From assembly GCF_902459465.1 (NCBI RefSeq), contig NC_047079.1:10168001-10232000 (forward strand): 64,000 nucleotides of DNA. The letters run 5' to 3'. The notes beneath the pieces are model-generated. The model saw nothing but the letters and a program-made list of their open reading frames with translations. It was not told where the DNA came from and made no database searches. The translations under genes were made by a program, and so were the position numbers. Within the stretch, counting starts at the first letter, position 1. Each line of letters opens with the position of its first letter. Origin of the DNA: Asterias rubens (Eukaryota). Below, piece after piece: positions 48,072 to 59,500 of the stretch.

Positions 48072-48165
48072 ATCATTAATCACTGAATTATTCATGTACC
48101 TATGGGCGATAGCAACCACTCCCAGTACATCTTGATGTGATGATGTCAAAGCAGAAGCATTCAAT
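48072..48165 (-). pseudogene. Duplicated 3' half of exon 9 plus donor (pseudo-exon with stop)
   Basis: 48100-48165 reads IECFCFDIITSRCTGSGCYRP* followed by gtacatg; copy of 48201-48290. Confidence 0.85.
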
Positions 48166-48227
48166 TTAAGTAGTAAACTAATGAATTATTCATACTCAAG
48201 TCATTAATCACTGAATTATTCATGTAC

Positions 48228-48352
48228 CTGTGTGCGGTAGTAGCCACTCCCAGTACATCTTGATGTGATGTCAAAGCAGAAGCATTCAATGCAGTCTTCA
48301 GGAAGCAGAGCTCCATTGTTGAATACATTACCGGTGCATATGCCCTCAGGTG
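48228..48352 (-). CDS. HSPG2: Exon 9: laminin-EGF start of domain III
   Basis: PEGICTGNVFNNGALLPEDCIECFCFDITSRCTGSGYYRTQ. Confidence 0.9.
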
Positions 48353-48881
48353 CTGTAGGTTATTTAGATAAATGAATATTCATGAGGTGCTGTAGGTTAT
48401 TTAAATAAATGAGTATTCATGAGCTTCATTCAAAGGATGATAAGGCTGTAGGGAATTTTTTTTTTTAAGATCACAAAAATGGGTTCCTTCAATGGAAGTC
48501 TCGATTCAAGAAACACAAAACCTATTTCACTATTTAGTTTAAGTGTCGCTACTGTTGTTGTTGTTTTTTGGGGGGTGGGGTTGGGATAAATAGGAAATTC
48601 CTTTTAGACGACAGGGGCAAAACGACCCTATCTATCCGAGTCAACTAATTTGCAAAGAAACCTTCACAACGTAAATAATGGTTTGGGGTTGAACAAAGAT
48701 ATTTTTACAAAAGCGGGATTTGAACCAACGACCTCCAAATTAACATGCCAGCACTCTACCAACTGAGCTACATGTATATCTAGCTATATTGTAGGTCTCC
48801 CTAATATAAATAATAAAACAACGTTGCAGTCCTTCCCCAAACAACCAATCTAAAGAGGAGGATGAAATGGTGTGAGCTTAC

Positions 48882-49023
48882 GGATAACAATGAGTATGGC
48901 GTCAGGAATAGCAAAGAGATATCCGATGCTGTTCATTGCTTCACATGTATAGGCTCCCTGGTCGCTCTCCTGGACGTTGTAAATAGTCAGCATACCACGG
49001 CCGTTCTCACTCACTGCTCTCGC
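48882..49023 (-). CDS. HSPG2: Exon 8: Ig C-half
   Basis: ARAVSENGRGMLTIYNVQESDQGAYTCEAMNSIGYLFAIPDAILIVI; FAIPD is typical of this perlecan Ig. Confidence 0.93.
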
Positions 49024-49367
49024 CTTGAAAAAGAAACAATCATTGTTTACAGATTGCAGTAATCTACAGCCCAAACTCAAAGGCACAAAAAAGTACCTAC
49101 CGCCAAGGTAGAAGTTAATATGTAGAACAGTTCTTTTTAGAACTGAGAAGTCTCACGAATTCCACAGAAATCTCTGCGGCGGCAGTAGAATAAATAGCAA
49201 GACAAGTTCTCAAAAGAACATAATTTACCAAGCAAGTAGATATATATGCGGTTTTACCGCAAACAAAATATCGATACCTCACCATAAAATGCCTCAAATC
49301 CCATCTATACCATGTTTGTCGTTGGTTACTATACAGAAATTCATGTCCTCAACAGAGTTACATGTTA

Positions 49368-50891
49368 GGCGCCTTGTCAAAACGTCCAAGCTGTTCCATT
49401 CCGCGTGCATTCTGCGGGAGTCCGCGGATTTTTGTAACAAAAGAACCCGTAGCAACCGGGAAGGTCCACGGCCACGACGGCTCATTTACATGTCAATAAA
49501 CATGAATATTCCGGCGGCTCTGCGGAGCGACCGGTCGGCTATTGTGAAGCCCAGCTTATTTAAATATCAATAAGCATGATCATACGGCGGCTCCGCGGAC
49601 CGGCTGCCGGCGGAACCGCGGAGGAACCCAGGTGGTGAACAATTGCTTTACCTTTGCATGGCAAAAGCAAACTAAGGGTGTGTAAAGCCATTTTCTCGTA
49701 CGAGTGATTTTTAAGGCTTGGTTACATGACCGAAACATGTGAATTGTAGAAATGGTTTGTTTAGGCAGGTCTATGGACCACATTAATTATTTTGCTTTTG
49801 TTTCTCCTAGCCCATCTGGAAGTATTTGTTGTATTTTAATCTAATGTTGAAATGGCAGAATAAGTAATAATAATAATAATAAATAATCTTAGTAATAATA
49901 GTAATAATTTCCATATTTTGGAGCAAGGTCAAAACGTCCTTTCTCTGTGACTACCACGCCGTTTCATAGTGTTTCGCTAGAATAGAAAACCTGACTTCCC
50001 AAACAATGCATCGTAGCCTCCCCCATACCCATGTATCGATCACTGTATCAATGACCCATCCACAACGTATTATGCAAAACTACCGCTAAACTGCAGTTCA
50101 TCCTAAATAAAATTTAAACACCAAACAATTACATGATGGTCCAACGTGTGTAATGCACAAATTAATGTTTTAATTCGGCCTCTGGCCGCGAAAACCTTTT
50201 ATTGTAAATAAACCATTAAAATGATCGGAATTGGCAGCCAGTGCAAACTTGTTTTTACAAAATTAAACTTTTATTAACTAGGGTGGCAAATATTTTACAT
50301 CGAATCAAACTTGTTTTTTTTATAGTAAGGGATTTATTTGGTGATGACGTACTCATAAAGTGATTAACATTTTGAGTTGTTTAGCCGGGACTCAACATAT
50401 TGTGCCTTTTCAAAAATACAAGCCTCGTGAATGCCTGTTTAATGCCTGTTGAATGCCTCTGGAATGTTGAGGTTCAAAGTCGCCGATTTGGTTGACTATC
50501 ATGTCTAAACATGTAGCTGGCGATTATCACGTGAGCAGGATGGTCGGCTGGCACTACCAACGTGCGTGGTACAATGATCTTGTCGGTGCAGCCTGTCCGC
50601 TTCCAGGACGATGGTACTCACTAGTTGCAAATGTACCATTCTGGGAGAGCACGGCCGGTCCGCGTCCAAGCCGCTGATATTCATGACCTGAAAATACAAC
50701 TTGTTTATTCATGAGACTTATTGTTATACCAACAATAGCGCCCGGCATGGATAGCTCATTAACTTCGCCGCGCTTCAACGCACATGGCCGTTCTTCCGCG
50801 GACTGTCCGAGGTCCTTAGCAACGGCGGTATTTGCTGTCCATTCCGCAGACTGTCAGCGGAGGAACGCCCGGGACGTTTTGACAAGGCGCC
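49368..50891. mobile_element. 1.5-kb non-autonomous DNA transposon, PIF/Harbinger-like
   Basis: Perfect 20-bp TIR GGCGCCTTGTCAAAACGTCC flanked by TTA and TAA; subterminal CCGCGG-rich repeats; no recognisable transposase. Confidence 0.75.
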
Positions 50892-50985
50892 TAAGTGAAT
50901 GTGCAAAAGTTTACAACTTTAGACACTCACTTTAAAAAGTACCAGTCGAAACTTGTCCATCAAACGACTAATTCTAATTTTTTAC

Positions 50986-51131
50986 CTTTGACGGGTCTGG
51001 CAATGGACCCCAGTTGAAACGCCATGAAATGATGGGAACCGGATTGCCCAGAGCAATGCAAGTGATGACTACCGTTGCACCCACGGTCACCGTCACCGGG
51101 GAACCGGGCGAAACAGTCACCTCAGGTTTGG
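50986..51131 (-). CDS. HSPG2: Exon 7: Ig (domain II/III junction), N-half
   Basis: KPEVTVSPGSPVTVTVGATVVITCIALGNPVPIISWRFNWGPLPDPSK. Confidence 0.93.
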
Positions 51132-52096
51132 CTGCAGGGAAAGAAAAAAAATGCAAACAAAAATGAGCAACACGTGTCTGAAAAGACAGTTGAAGTCAGT
51201 TTCATAAATTTAATGTTGGACTAGTCATGAAACAAAGCTGGATTTATTTGCACACATCTGAATACTAGTATGAGCCCTTTCTACAGGGACGATGTCAGCA
51301 CATGACGGCATCATTTGTGTACAAAATCGGTATTTCATGGCGGTAATTGAATGGCTCGTTGTGGCCAAGCAGTCAAGCGGCACAGGACCCTGGTGTTTCT
51401 CATCAGAAGAAGTTGGGTTTGAGTACAGGTCATGGCACTTGTATCCTGGAGTGGGACACGTCCTCTACCATAGTTACTCTGTCCTTCAGATGGGACATTA
51501 AAAAATTGCCTTGGATTTGGCGAGTTGGTCTTTGAAAAGTGTTTGAAATAGTTTACTATAAAAAGCATATGGTTGGAAAGATGTTTTAAAAGAAGAATAT
51601 AATGCTTCAAACGCTTTTCAAAGACCAACTCGCCCGATACAAGGCGACATGTCCCTTTAAGCTGTGGGTTCTCTGTATACTAGGATTGTCAGTGCATGTG
51701 AAGAACCCAACCGCCGATTTCACAAAACTCTTCCTACATTTTAACTTAAGACCAATCTTAGGACTTAGGACGAGTCCCAATCCTGCACTGTAGCATGCAG
51801 ACCTTAAGATTAATCCTAAGTTAGAAACTCGAGAAAAGACGAGTCCTTACTCTTTGTGAAATCGACGGCTGAACACTTATCATGAAAGAGTAGGGGTTAA
51901 CCCCAGTATTCCTGGTTCACATTGCAAGCACCCTTGTTTACAGGTTTCAGCCAGGCTTGCGCGCTTTAGTGATTAAGTTTACTTAGGAGGCATCTTTGAT
52001 TTCATCACCAGAACCTTTCGATAATAATAACAATAATTTCCTGTGGTCTAAGACATTGAAACTTCAATCTTATATTCCTTCCGAGGGTAAACTTAC

Positions 52097-52234
52097 AACA
52101 TCCAATCTCATCGGAGCGATCACTGCAGTCAAAGTCTTTGTCACACTGGTAAGCTTTAGGGATGCACTGCGTAGTCACTGTGTTCAAGCACTGAAACTCA
52201 GTAGAGGCACACGGGGAACCAGGCAAGGCGACCG
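52097..52234 (-). CDS. HSPG2: Exon 6: LDLa 3
   Basis: [45 protein letters not shown]. Confidence 0.92.
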
Positions 52235-52561
52235 CTGTTGATAAACCAGAAGGAGGAATGTCACTGATTTGAGCCCATTTTCTTAGGGCTGCTTAGGCAC
52301 AAAAAGTAGCTAAGCACAATACAATTTCGCTTACCAGAGTAAGGTTACCAGCCAACATACCATGTCATCTGTACAATTTGTTAACTGGTATCCTGCTATT
52401 TCAGCTAAGCAGGAAGCTATAAAGCAAAATGTTCTGCTTACAAACAGCTCTATGAACTTGAGCTATGTGCTTATTGCAATTCAACAAGTTGCTTTGCTTT
52501 TTACTTTGTCAATTGTGAACAAAATGTATACAAGAAGATTTTTGCGAAAAGGTAAACTTAC

Positions 52562-52678
52562 GACAGTTGCGTTCTTCGCTTCCGTCTTCGCAGTCATCGT
52601 CACCGTCACATACCCAGATCTTCTGGATGCAGAACCCACTGGAACACTGGTACTCATTGGGTTCACAGCCAGCGGTAG
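52562..52678 (-). CDS. HSPG2: Exon 5: LDLa 2
   Basis: [38 protein letters not shown]. Confidence 0.92.
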
Positions 52679-53084
52679 CTGTGGAGGAGAATGGGTGTTG
52701 GATGGGTTAGGGGTGAAAAGTACCCAGAAAATCGGAGAACTGTCCATATCCTGCCACCACTTTTTCATTCGAATCCCAGGTTCGAATCCCACCCGAGTAA
52801 CATGCCTGTGATTTTTTTTTCACAGGACTCGGGAAAGTACTGAGTATACAGTGCTAACACACATCGGTGTATGGGTAAAAACCAAAATTAATAATTTTTC
52901 ATTCATTATGAAATAAATTAGTATCTAATTTACTCCAATGAGATATCCTTTTGGTAAAAATGGGTGAAAAAGTGGTGGCAGGATACGGAAAGTTTCCCCC
53001 AAAAAAACAGTTAGAGGGGTATTGCTGACCATGTAGGGTGTTTTGAGGTCGAAAGCTGCCAACATTTGCGTTTGCAATCAGGGA

Positions 53085-53370
53085 TGATCTTCAAACTCAA
53101 CTCACTAAAATATTTATGCTCCTGGACCTAGGGAAGCAATATAAACTTACAGCAGCTAGATAATCTGAACCTCAAACTCAACTCTCAAAAACATTTATGC
53201 TCCTGGACGGAGGGAAGCAATATAAGGTTACGGCTCGTTACGCAGTAGCGACTTACAGCAGCTAGATTCAACTGATCCTCAAACACAACTCTCTAAAACA
53301 TATATGCTCCTAGAAGGAGGGAAGCAATATAAGGTTATAACTTACAGCAGCTTGATTCATCTGATCCGTC
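53085..53370 (-). repeat. Tandem repeat (about 3 units of 80-105 bp) including the last ~22 nt of exon 4 and its donor
   Basis: acttacagcagct(a/t)gat occurs three times, GT donors at 53149-50, 53255-56 and 53344-45; flanking gctcctgga..gggaagcaatataa is repeated. Confidence 0.85.
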
Positions 53371-53510
53371 ATCACAGTCCAGTGCCCCATCACAGCGATA
53401 CGACAACGGTATACACTGACCGCTCCTGCATGTAGCTTGGTTCTGGTTGCATTGACCGGGGGACAGAGTGGTGGTCCGAGTTGGTGCCGTGCTTGGGGAT
53501 GGGGGAAGAG
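53346..53510 (-). CDS. HSPG2: Exon 4: P/T-rich linker + LDLa 1
   Basis: [54 protein letters not shown]; phase 1-1. Confidence 0.92.
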
Positions 53511-56500
53511 CTACAAAACATACAAAACCATAAATGAATTATGACAGTGCAAATAGTTTTACGGCCCCAGCTTTTGGTATTATTAGAAGGCAAAATATTC
53601 TTCACATGGCTTCATTTTATTTGTTTATTCTGGTTGTGAAGCCACAGACTCTCCGACCAGCGAACTGAATCACTATATACCTTTATCATACTGCCTCCAT
53701 CTTGGTCATGTGCCTCGTATCGAGTAACAATAACGAATGCTAATAATCGTTTTGCTAAAAGAAACCAGACTACTGTTTTCTTCCAGCCTCGGTTTGGTAA
53801 CACTGATATAAATGGGAGAAATTCAAAGATGGCTGCACCATGATAACGGTCTATACAAGCCAAGAACCCAATGGAGAGAAAACAAGGAAGGGCGTTTCAG
53901 TTTTATAGATGTGTGAGGAAAACCCCAGAGAATTATTCAAGGGATAAGTAGGGACTGAGAAACCCAATCCACATAGTTCCCTTGGAGGAATTCGAATCAA
54001 GGTCGTAGAGGTGGAAGGCCAGACATGAAAACATTGTGCCAACCTAGCTGACATCCCCCCCCAACCCCCAGATAGAATGGAACACTGCAAAACTGCATTG
54101 TAATGTAATACTTCAGAATGAAATACTGGCCAAAATAAATTGCATTTAATCTTCATGTTCATTCTCTTCTTAAACAAAGCAAGAACAAATACTCAAATAT
54201 CATGAATAACACATTTGATTTAAAAGGTACATAAACACACATGTCAAAGCACTAGCAGTAGGTGTTTTCTGTAAGTAATTAATTTGAAACAAAATGGTGT
54301 TGAAAAGAAAAATAAGATCAAGTTAATAATCATGAACAAACAAGGATTCCCAAAGAAAACCGAAAAGACCAAAAATCCATTATAAATAGCTTATCCTGTT
54401 GGTAGGTCATTATGTCACATAAGCCGCGCATTTGACTCGTCCCGTCCAAAGTTGCGCCTAACTTCTGGCTTGTGCACGTGCCACACCACGTTACTAAGCC
54501 TTCTCCGCTTACACAGCTAGCCCATAGATTCAGCAGTTGCTCTGTAAGCGAAGAATGGTGATCGCAAGCGCAGAATTCGGCGGAGAGCAGAGCCATGAAA
54601 TTTTACCCTGACAGGCAAGTGAAAAGTTTTAATCCTGCAATGCATTTCCTATGGCTTCCGCTAATCGCCAGCTGGACAGTTTACAAGACATTTGGCGTAA
54701 GCGTGGCTTACATCGTAGTTTCATTATACTTACCAACAGAATTATCCTGTGGTCAACACACATGCATAGTTAATAGTTATATGATTCACTCAAAACAAAG
54801 AAAGCCAGGTTAAGATGGGAAGAAAAGAGAACGGATTAAATCGTATTAAGAATGTTCCTTTGTCACCTGTGAAAGTTAAAAAGAAAGTGATTAATTATTT
54901 GTTAACAAGAAATGAATCCCAAAGAATCATGCAAATACCACGCATGTTACTGGAAAGTTATTTTCAGAGAAATTATTTTGATTAATCAATCAAGAGTAGA
55001 CGGAAGAAAGGAATGCAAAAAATTACTTTTACAAATGCATAAATATAATCAAATATTTTAAAAGGCACATTAAATGGTTGTTCTAAAACGAAGCGTTTCG
55101 GGGGCAAGTAATACTATGTATAGGAGTATCTGACAATTAAAATTATAAGAAAACTAAACTTACCATGCCTAACATTAACAAATATTAATAAACATACAGC
55201 TAAGAAATCATATTAATTTTAAAGATTGCTCAACACATTATTTCTCTGTCGGCATTTGGTTAGCATACCAACCTAAAATCTGCCAGTAAGCAGCAAATAT
55301 GCTAGTTTGTGTATTGGTGAACAATTATATATTTTGGCTTGTTTCTTTATTGTAAATGTTTGCCTAGTTTCGGTTTGTTATTGTCTTTTATCCATACATT
55401 ATATGTTATACACTGTATACTTTAAGAAAGTCCTGTGAAAAAAATCCACAGGCACATTACCCTGGTGGAATTGGAACCCACGACCTTTGACATTCTAGAG
55501 CAGGTGTCTTACCACTCGACCACCGAGTTTGCCCAGTAGCTTATAGAGGCAGTTTTAACCTATATTTTAGAAGCATGTACCTCAACATGTTAAATTTGCA
55601 TCAGAAGATTGTCTTTTAGATTTAAAAGACGTGTGTTACGTTATATGTTATACCGCCCTCTTGTGTTGGTAACTATAGGCAGTTGCCATGCGAGCAGCCA
55701 TCTTGCTACACTGGAAGTGAGAAACTTTTGGAAGATTGTGCTACGACTGCAAATGATTATTGATGATCAAGATGAACTGGTCTGTAAGTAGTTCCAAAAC
55801 CTTGCTGATTCACAGGAAACGACCAAGTGAAAACCTGATGTTTGACACATCCCTTTTTGGCGCAGGAAGACCGCACAAAAACGATATCATCCACTACACC
55901 TACTGTAGTTCCATAAGTCCAGGTCTGCATGTCGTTATGAAACCTCAGGAGAATTTCACACGCTAACACCACAAGATTTTCAGGGCCAGGGAATCTGCAT
56001 GTTGGCATGCCTTCTCCTCCTCGAACAGTTCCCCCGTCTCATGCTGCCTTGTCCGAAAGAGCCAACCTTCTTCTCCTTCCATCTGCCTTCCCAAACTCCA
56101 GCCCGACATCCTGCGATGCATTTTGAACATTTGGAAAGTTCATTCGATCAAATGGCAGACAACCCTTCCCTCAAAAAAGGTGCCTGTTCTGTAGCTTTTT
56201 CCTCAGACTGTTGCTGGGCTTCCTAGTGCAGCGGAAAAAAGTCCCGGTAAAAGTTCAGTAGAGGCTGAGAGATCACACCAATTCTAGAATATCGACCACT
56301 ATTTCTGTCAAAAGTCACCAGGAAGTTTCCCCGATAGCGATAGACGTACTGATAACAGTTATTTGTCTGCTAATTGACAATCATTTTCGTCTATCAAAAC
56401 ATTGTCTAGTCTAAGACTTCCTGTTCAGCAGACGATTAGTGCATCCTAAAATAAAAACTGCACCTCTCTACAAAATGACCTTAGTACAGTGGCAGGAGAT

Positions 56501-59500
56501 TGGAAAGACAATACTTCTAAAGAGTTACGTGGCAAAAAGTTATTATCGGCGCTTTCTTTCCACCAAAAATTCCAGAGTCCCAATCCCTACCCAATCTCCC
56601 TCCTTCCAATTGTCACATTTCAAAATGATTGATTTGCAAGAAATCCAAATACAGTAAAATGACCCGAGGACCCCGACAACTGGAACTTTTTTGTTCAAGT
56701 GTAAGTTCATTGCTCCCAACTCCAAGCTAACGGCTCTAATTTCACAATGACTAGAATAAGTAATGTCGCCTAGTTACTGAATCACAATTTCTTGATTTGT
56801 GCAACTCTTAAACTTTTACGAGAGATATTGGCTGTTGCCAGCTTGATGTTTATATCCCCTTGTGGTAGAAAGCCAAGTTCCCTTTATGGGAAGATCATCT
56901 AAACAAACTTTGTAAACCACTGCCAACTCAAATTTTGTATATGACTTCTAAATAAAAAAGTTGACAGAACAAAGTGGGACGAAAAAGTGACAGAACAGTG
57001 AAACAACAAGCTAACTTGCAAGTCACCGTTACTGTTAAGGGAGAGGTGCTGTATTTCTTAGCTCTTCAAAATATAAAAACAAAATAGGTCCACGCTTTAT
57101 CTGGATGAATGCTAAGAATACACTTCTGACACTTTGTGTACAATTTTATACACTTAAAGCCTCCATGAATCTTTTGTTACCAAGGAAACGATAAAAGGTC
57201 ATGACCTGCCCATTTAAAAAAAATCATTCATCAAAAACTTGTAGAGCAAACATTTCATTCAACTATCTTGCTCAAGGATGACAAGGGAATGTTTGTGGAG
57301 TACATGAAGAACTTTTGAGTCAAAATCACAAAGTAACAATTTGTTTGCTCTGGTTTAAAGAGGGGCTCCCAGGTCAAATTGAGTTTTTTTATGCACTCAT
57401 TTTCCTATAGATAGAGTTGTCATGAAAGTGGGGGGAAAGTTACAAGTCTCTCACCTCACGTTAAAATGGTATAAATTATCGATATAGTTTCAGGACGAAA
57501 ATTGAATCACGATGTCAGACAGCAAAAACGAACTGATCTGTCGTTTCAAAGAGGAATTGTTTGCACCAGTCAGACGGTCAAATCTAATAACCTTTAGATT
57601 GAATATCATCAAAATTCAGGAACACACTAAACAATTCCCTGTAAATTTGAATTGTGACGTCATCAAATATTTTGGGATTTTGAAAAAAATTGCACTTGAA
57701 GGGTATCAAAAACAGTCGCGTTTTATACCATTTTTACCTTGAGTTCAGAGACTTGACACTATTTTTTATCATTTTTATGATGACTCTTTCTATTGGTAAA
57801 CAGGTGCATCACGAAACAGACTTTGACTTTGGAGTCACTCCTTCATGACTTTGAGTGATGTTAGGCTCATTAATTGAAACATCCTGTGACGATAAATGAG
57901 ATCATTTATTGTCCGATGACATTTATGAACAATGCACAACATGATGACAGTTTGAACTACCGTTCTTGAGCGTTTAATCGCTAACATCCAGCAAGGAAAA
58001 AGCATATGACCTAGACCTTTTTTTACTCCCTTTCATGACAATGTTATCTTCCCCATCTGGAAATTCTCGTCCTAAATGTTCACATTAATTAAATCTGTTT
58101 AATCTTAAATGTGGCATGGAATTTCTTGTGCGGGGGAATGTTAAGGCAGATTAAAAATGTTGTTTCCCGCAGAAAATTGAACGATGGTACTCAACTTCAA
58201 ATTTGCTTCATGTACTGATACAGTATGTCCAAACCAAAATAATTTGTTTTTTTAAGTCCCGTGGATTAATTTCATTGCTTGAAAAATATCAGGGTACCGT
58301 GTCGTAACTCAGGAAATATTTGTACTGACATCGAGAATGTAATTGCAGTTTTGTCAACAGAAAAAAACGAGGTACCAGGGACAACCATTTGCTAAACTGC
58401 CCTCAACTGGAGCAACCCTGCATAGCTGAAGGCCTTGAAATTCTTTTCATCTTTGGCCGAACCCTGGACAGAATAAGCACAGGCTTTGATGTCTAATTTA
58501 TATATTTACAAAAGCACAGCCAACATTTGTTTTTTAAATGATTTTAGTAAAATTTCCCCCCAAAAGGTGTTTCTTCTGATGCTTATTAAATTTAAAGTCT
58601 GTTTATTCAGCGTTTTTCCTAAACACCAAAGTCTTAACTCTTCATAAAACCAAATCGGACAACTTTGGTATCATTCAGAGCAGCTGGTGAGAGCAATTCT
58701 CCATCATTGGTTTGGATGAAATGAATTTGGTGCCTCGTTATTAAGTCTGGTGTCCCGTGTCTTGGAGCAGAACAGACATTCTTTTGCAAGAACCACAAGT
58801 TGTGAGATTTGCTGAACCTTGGTTTGTAACGTACAGCGACCTTTCCGTAAAATAAAATAAATCAATAATTGAATACGAGCGCTATAAAATTACCCGGATC
58901 TAAGATAAATCAACTGGGCTAGCCAATACAAAAAGTACAGATAATGTTTCTTTAAAAAACAAAAGTTGAAATGCTTTATTAAAAAGGTGGAATTTGTGCC
59001 AACCCAGATACTCAATTTCCCTACACAAAATAGAAGTCAATGTTTGTAAATAAAAAGAGAGGTTTATAAGACATATGTTTTTCATTTGACTTTATAAATG
59101 TGGAGCATGATAACAATTTACAAAGATATGTTGAAAAGGATTTAGGATATTTGGTTCGTGGAAAAAGATGGATTTTTATTGAGTACGTGGGCAAAGCTAC
59201 ATTTCCTTTACTGTATGTTGATTCCCTCTTGTGCGCCTTGTGCGCCTTGCGCACCTAAATTTTTGTTGGATAAATATTCTTTGTTGTTATTAGCCTACTA
59301 TTATTATTATTTAATCACAACTTTTTCAGGTTCAATAAAAATCAGACTCGAGTAGGAAGAATGCAATTCCTGATTTGGACTTCTTATTATGACGCTCACC
59401 CCTTAAGGTTTTAACATCTTTTTGTTAGCTACGGTTGATCATTATACCATGTCCGAATCCAATAAATTTGGCTACGGCTATTGCCAATGACCAAGGAACT

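Noticed and set aside
53085-53370. Repeat-spacer appearance (CRISPR-like)
   Set aside because: Eukaryotic intron, the spacers are homologous to each other and there are no cas genes; it is a tandem duplication.
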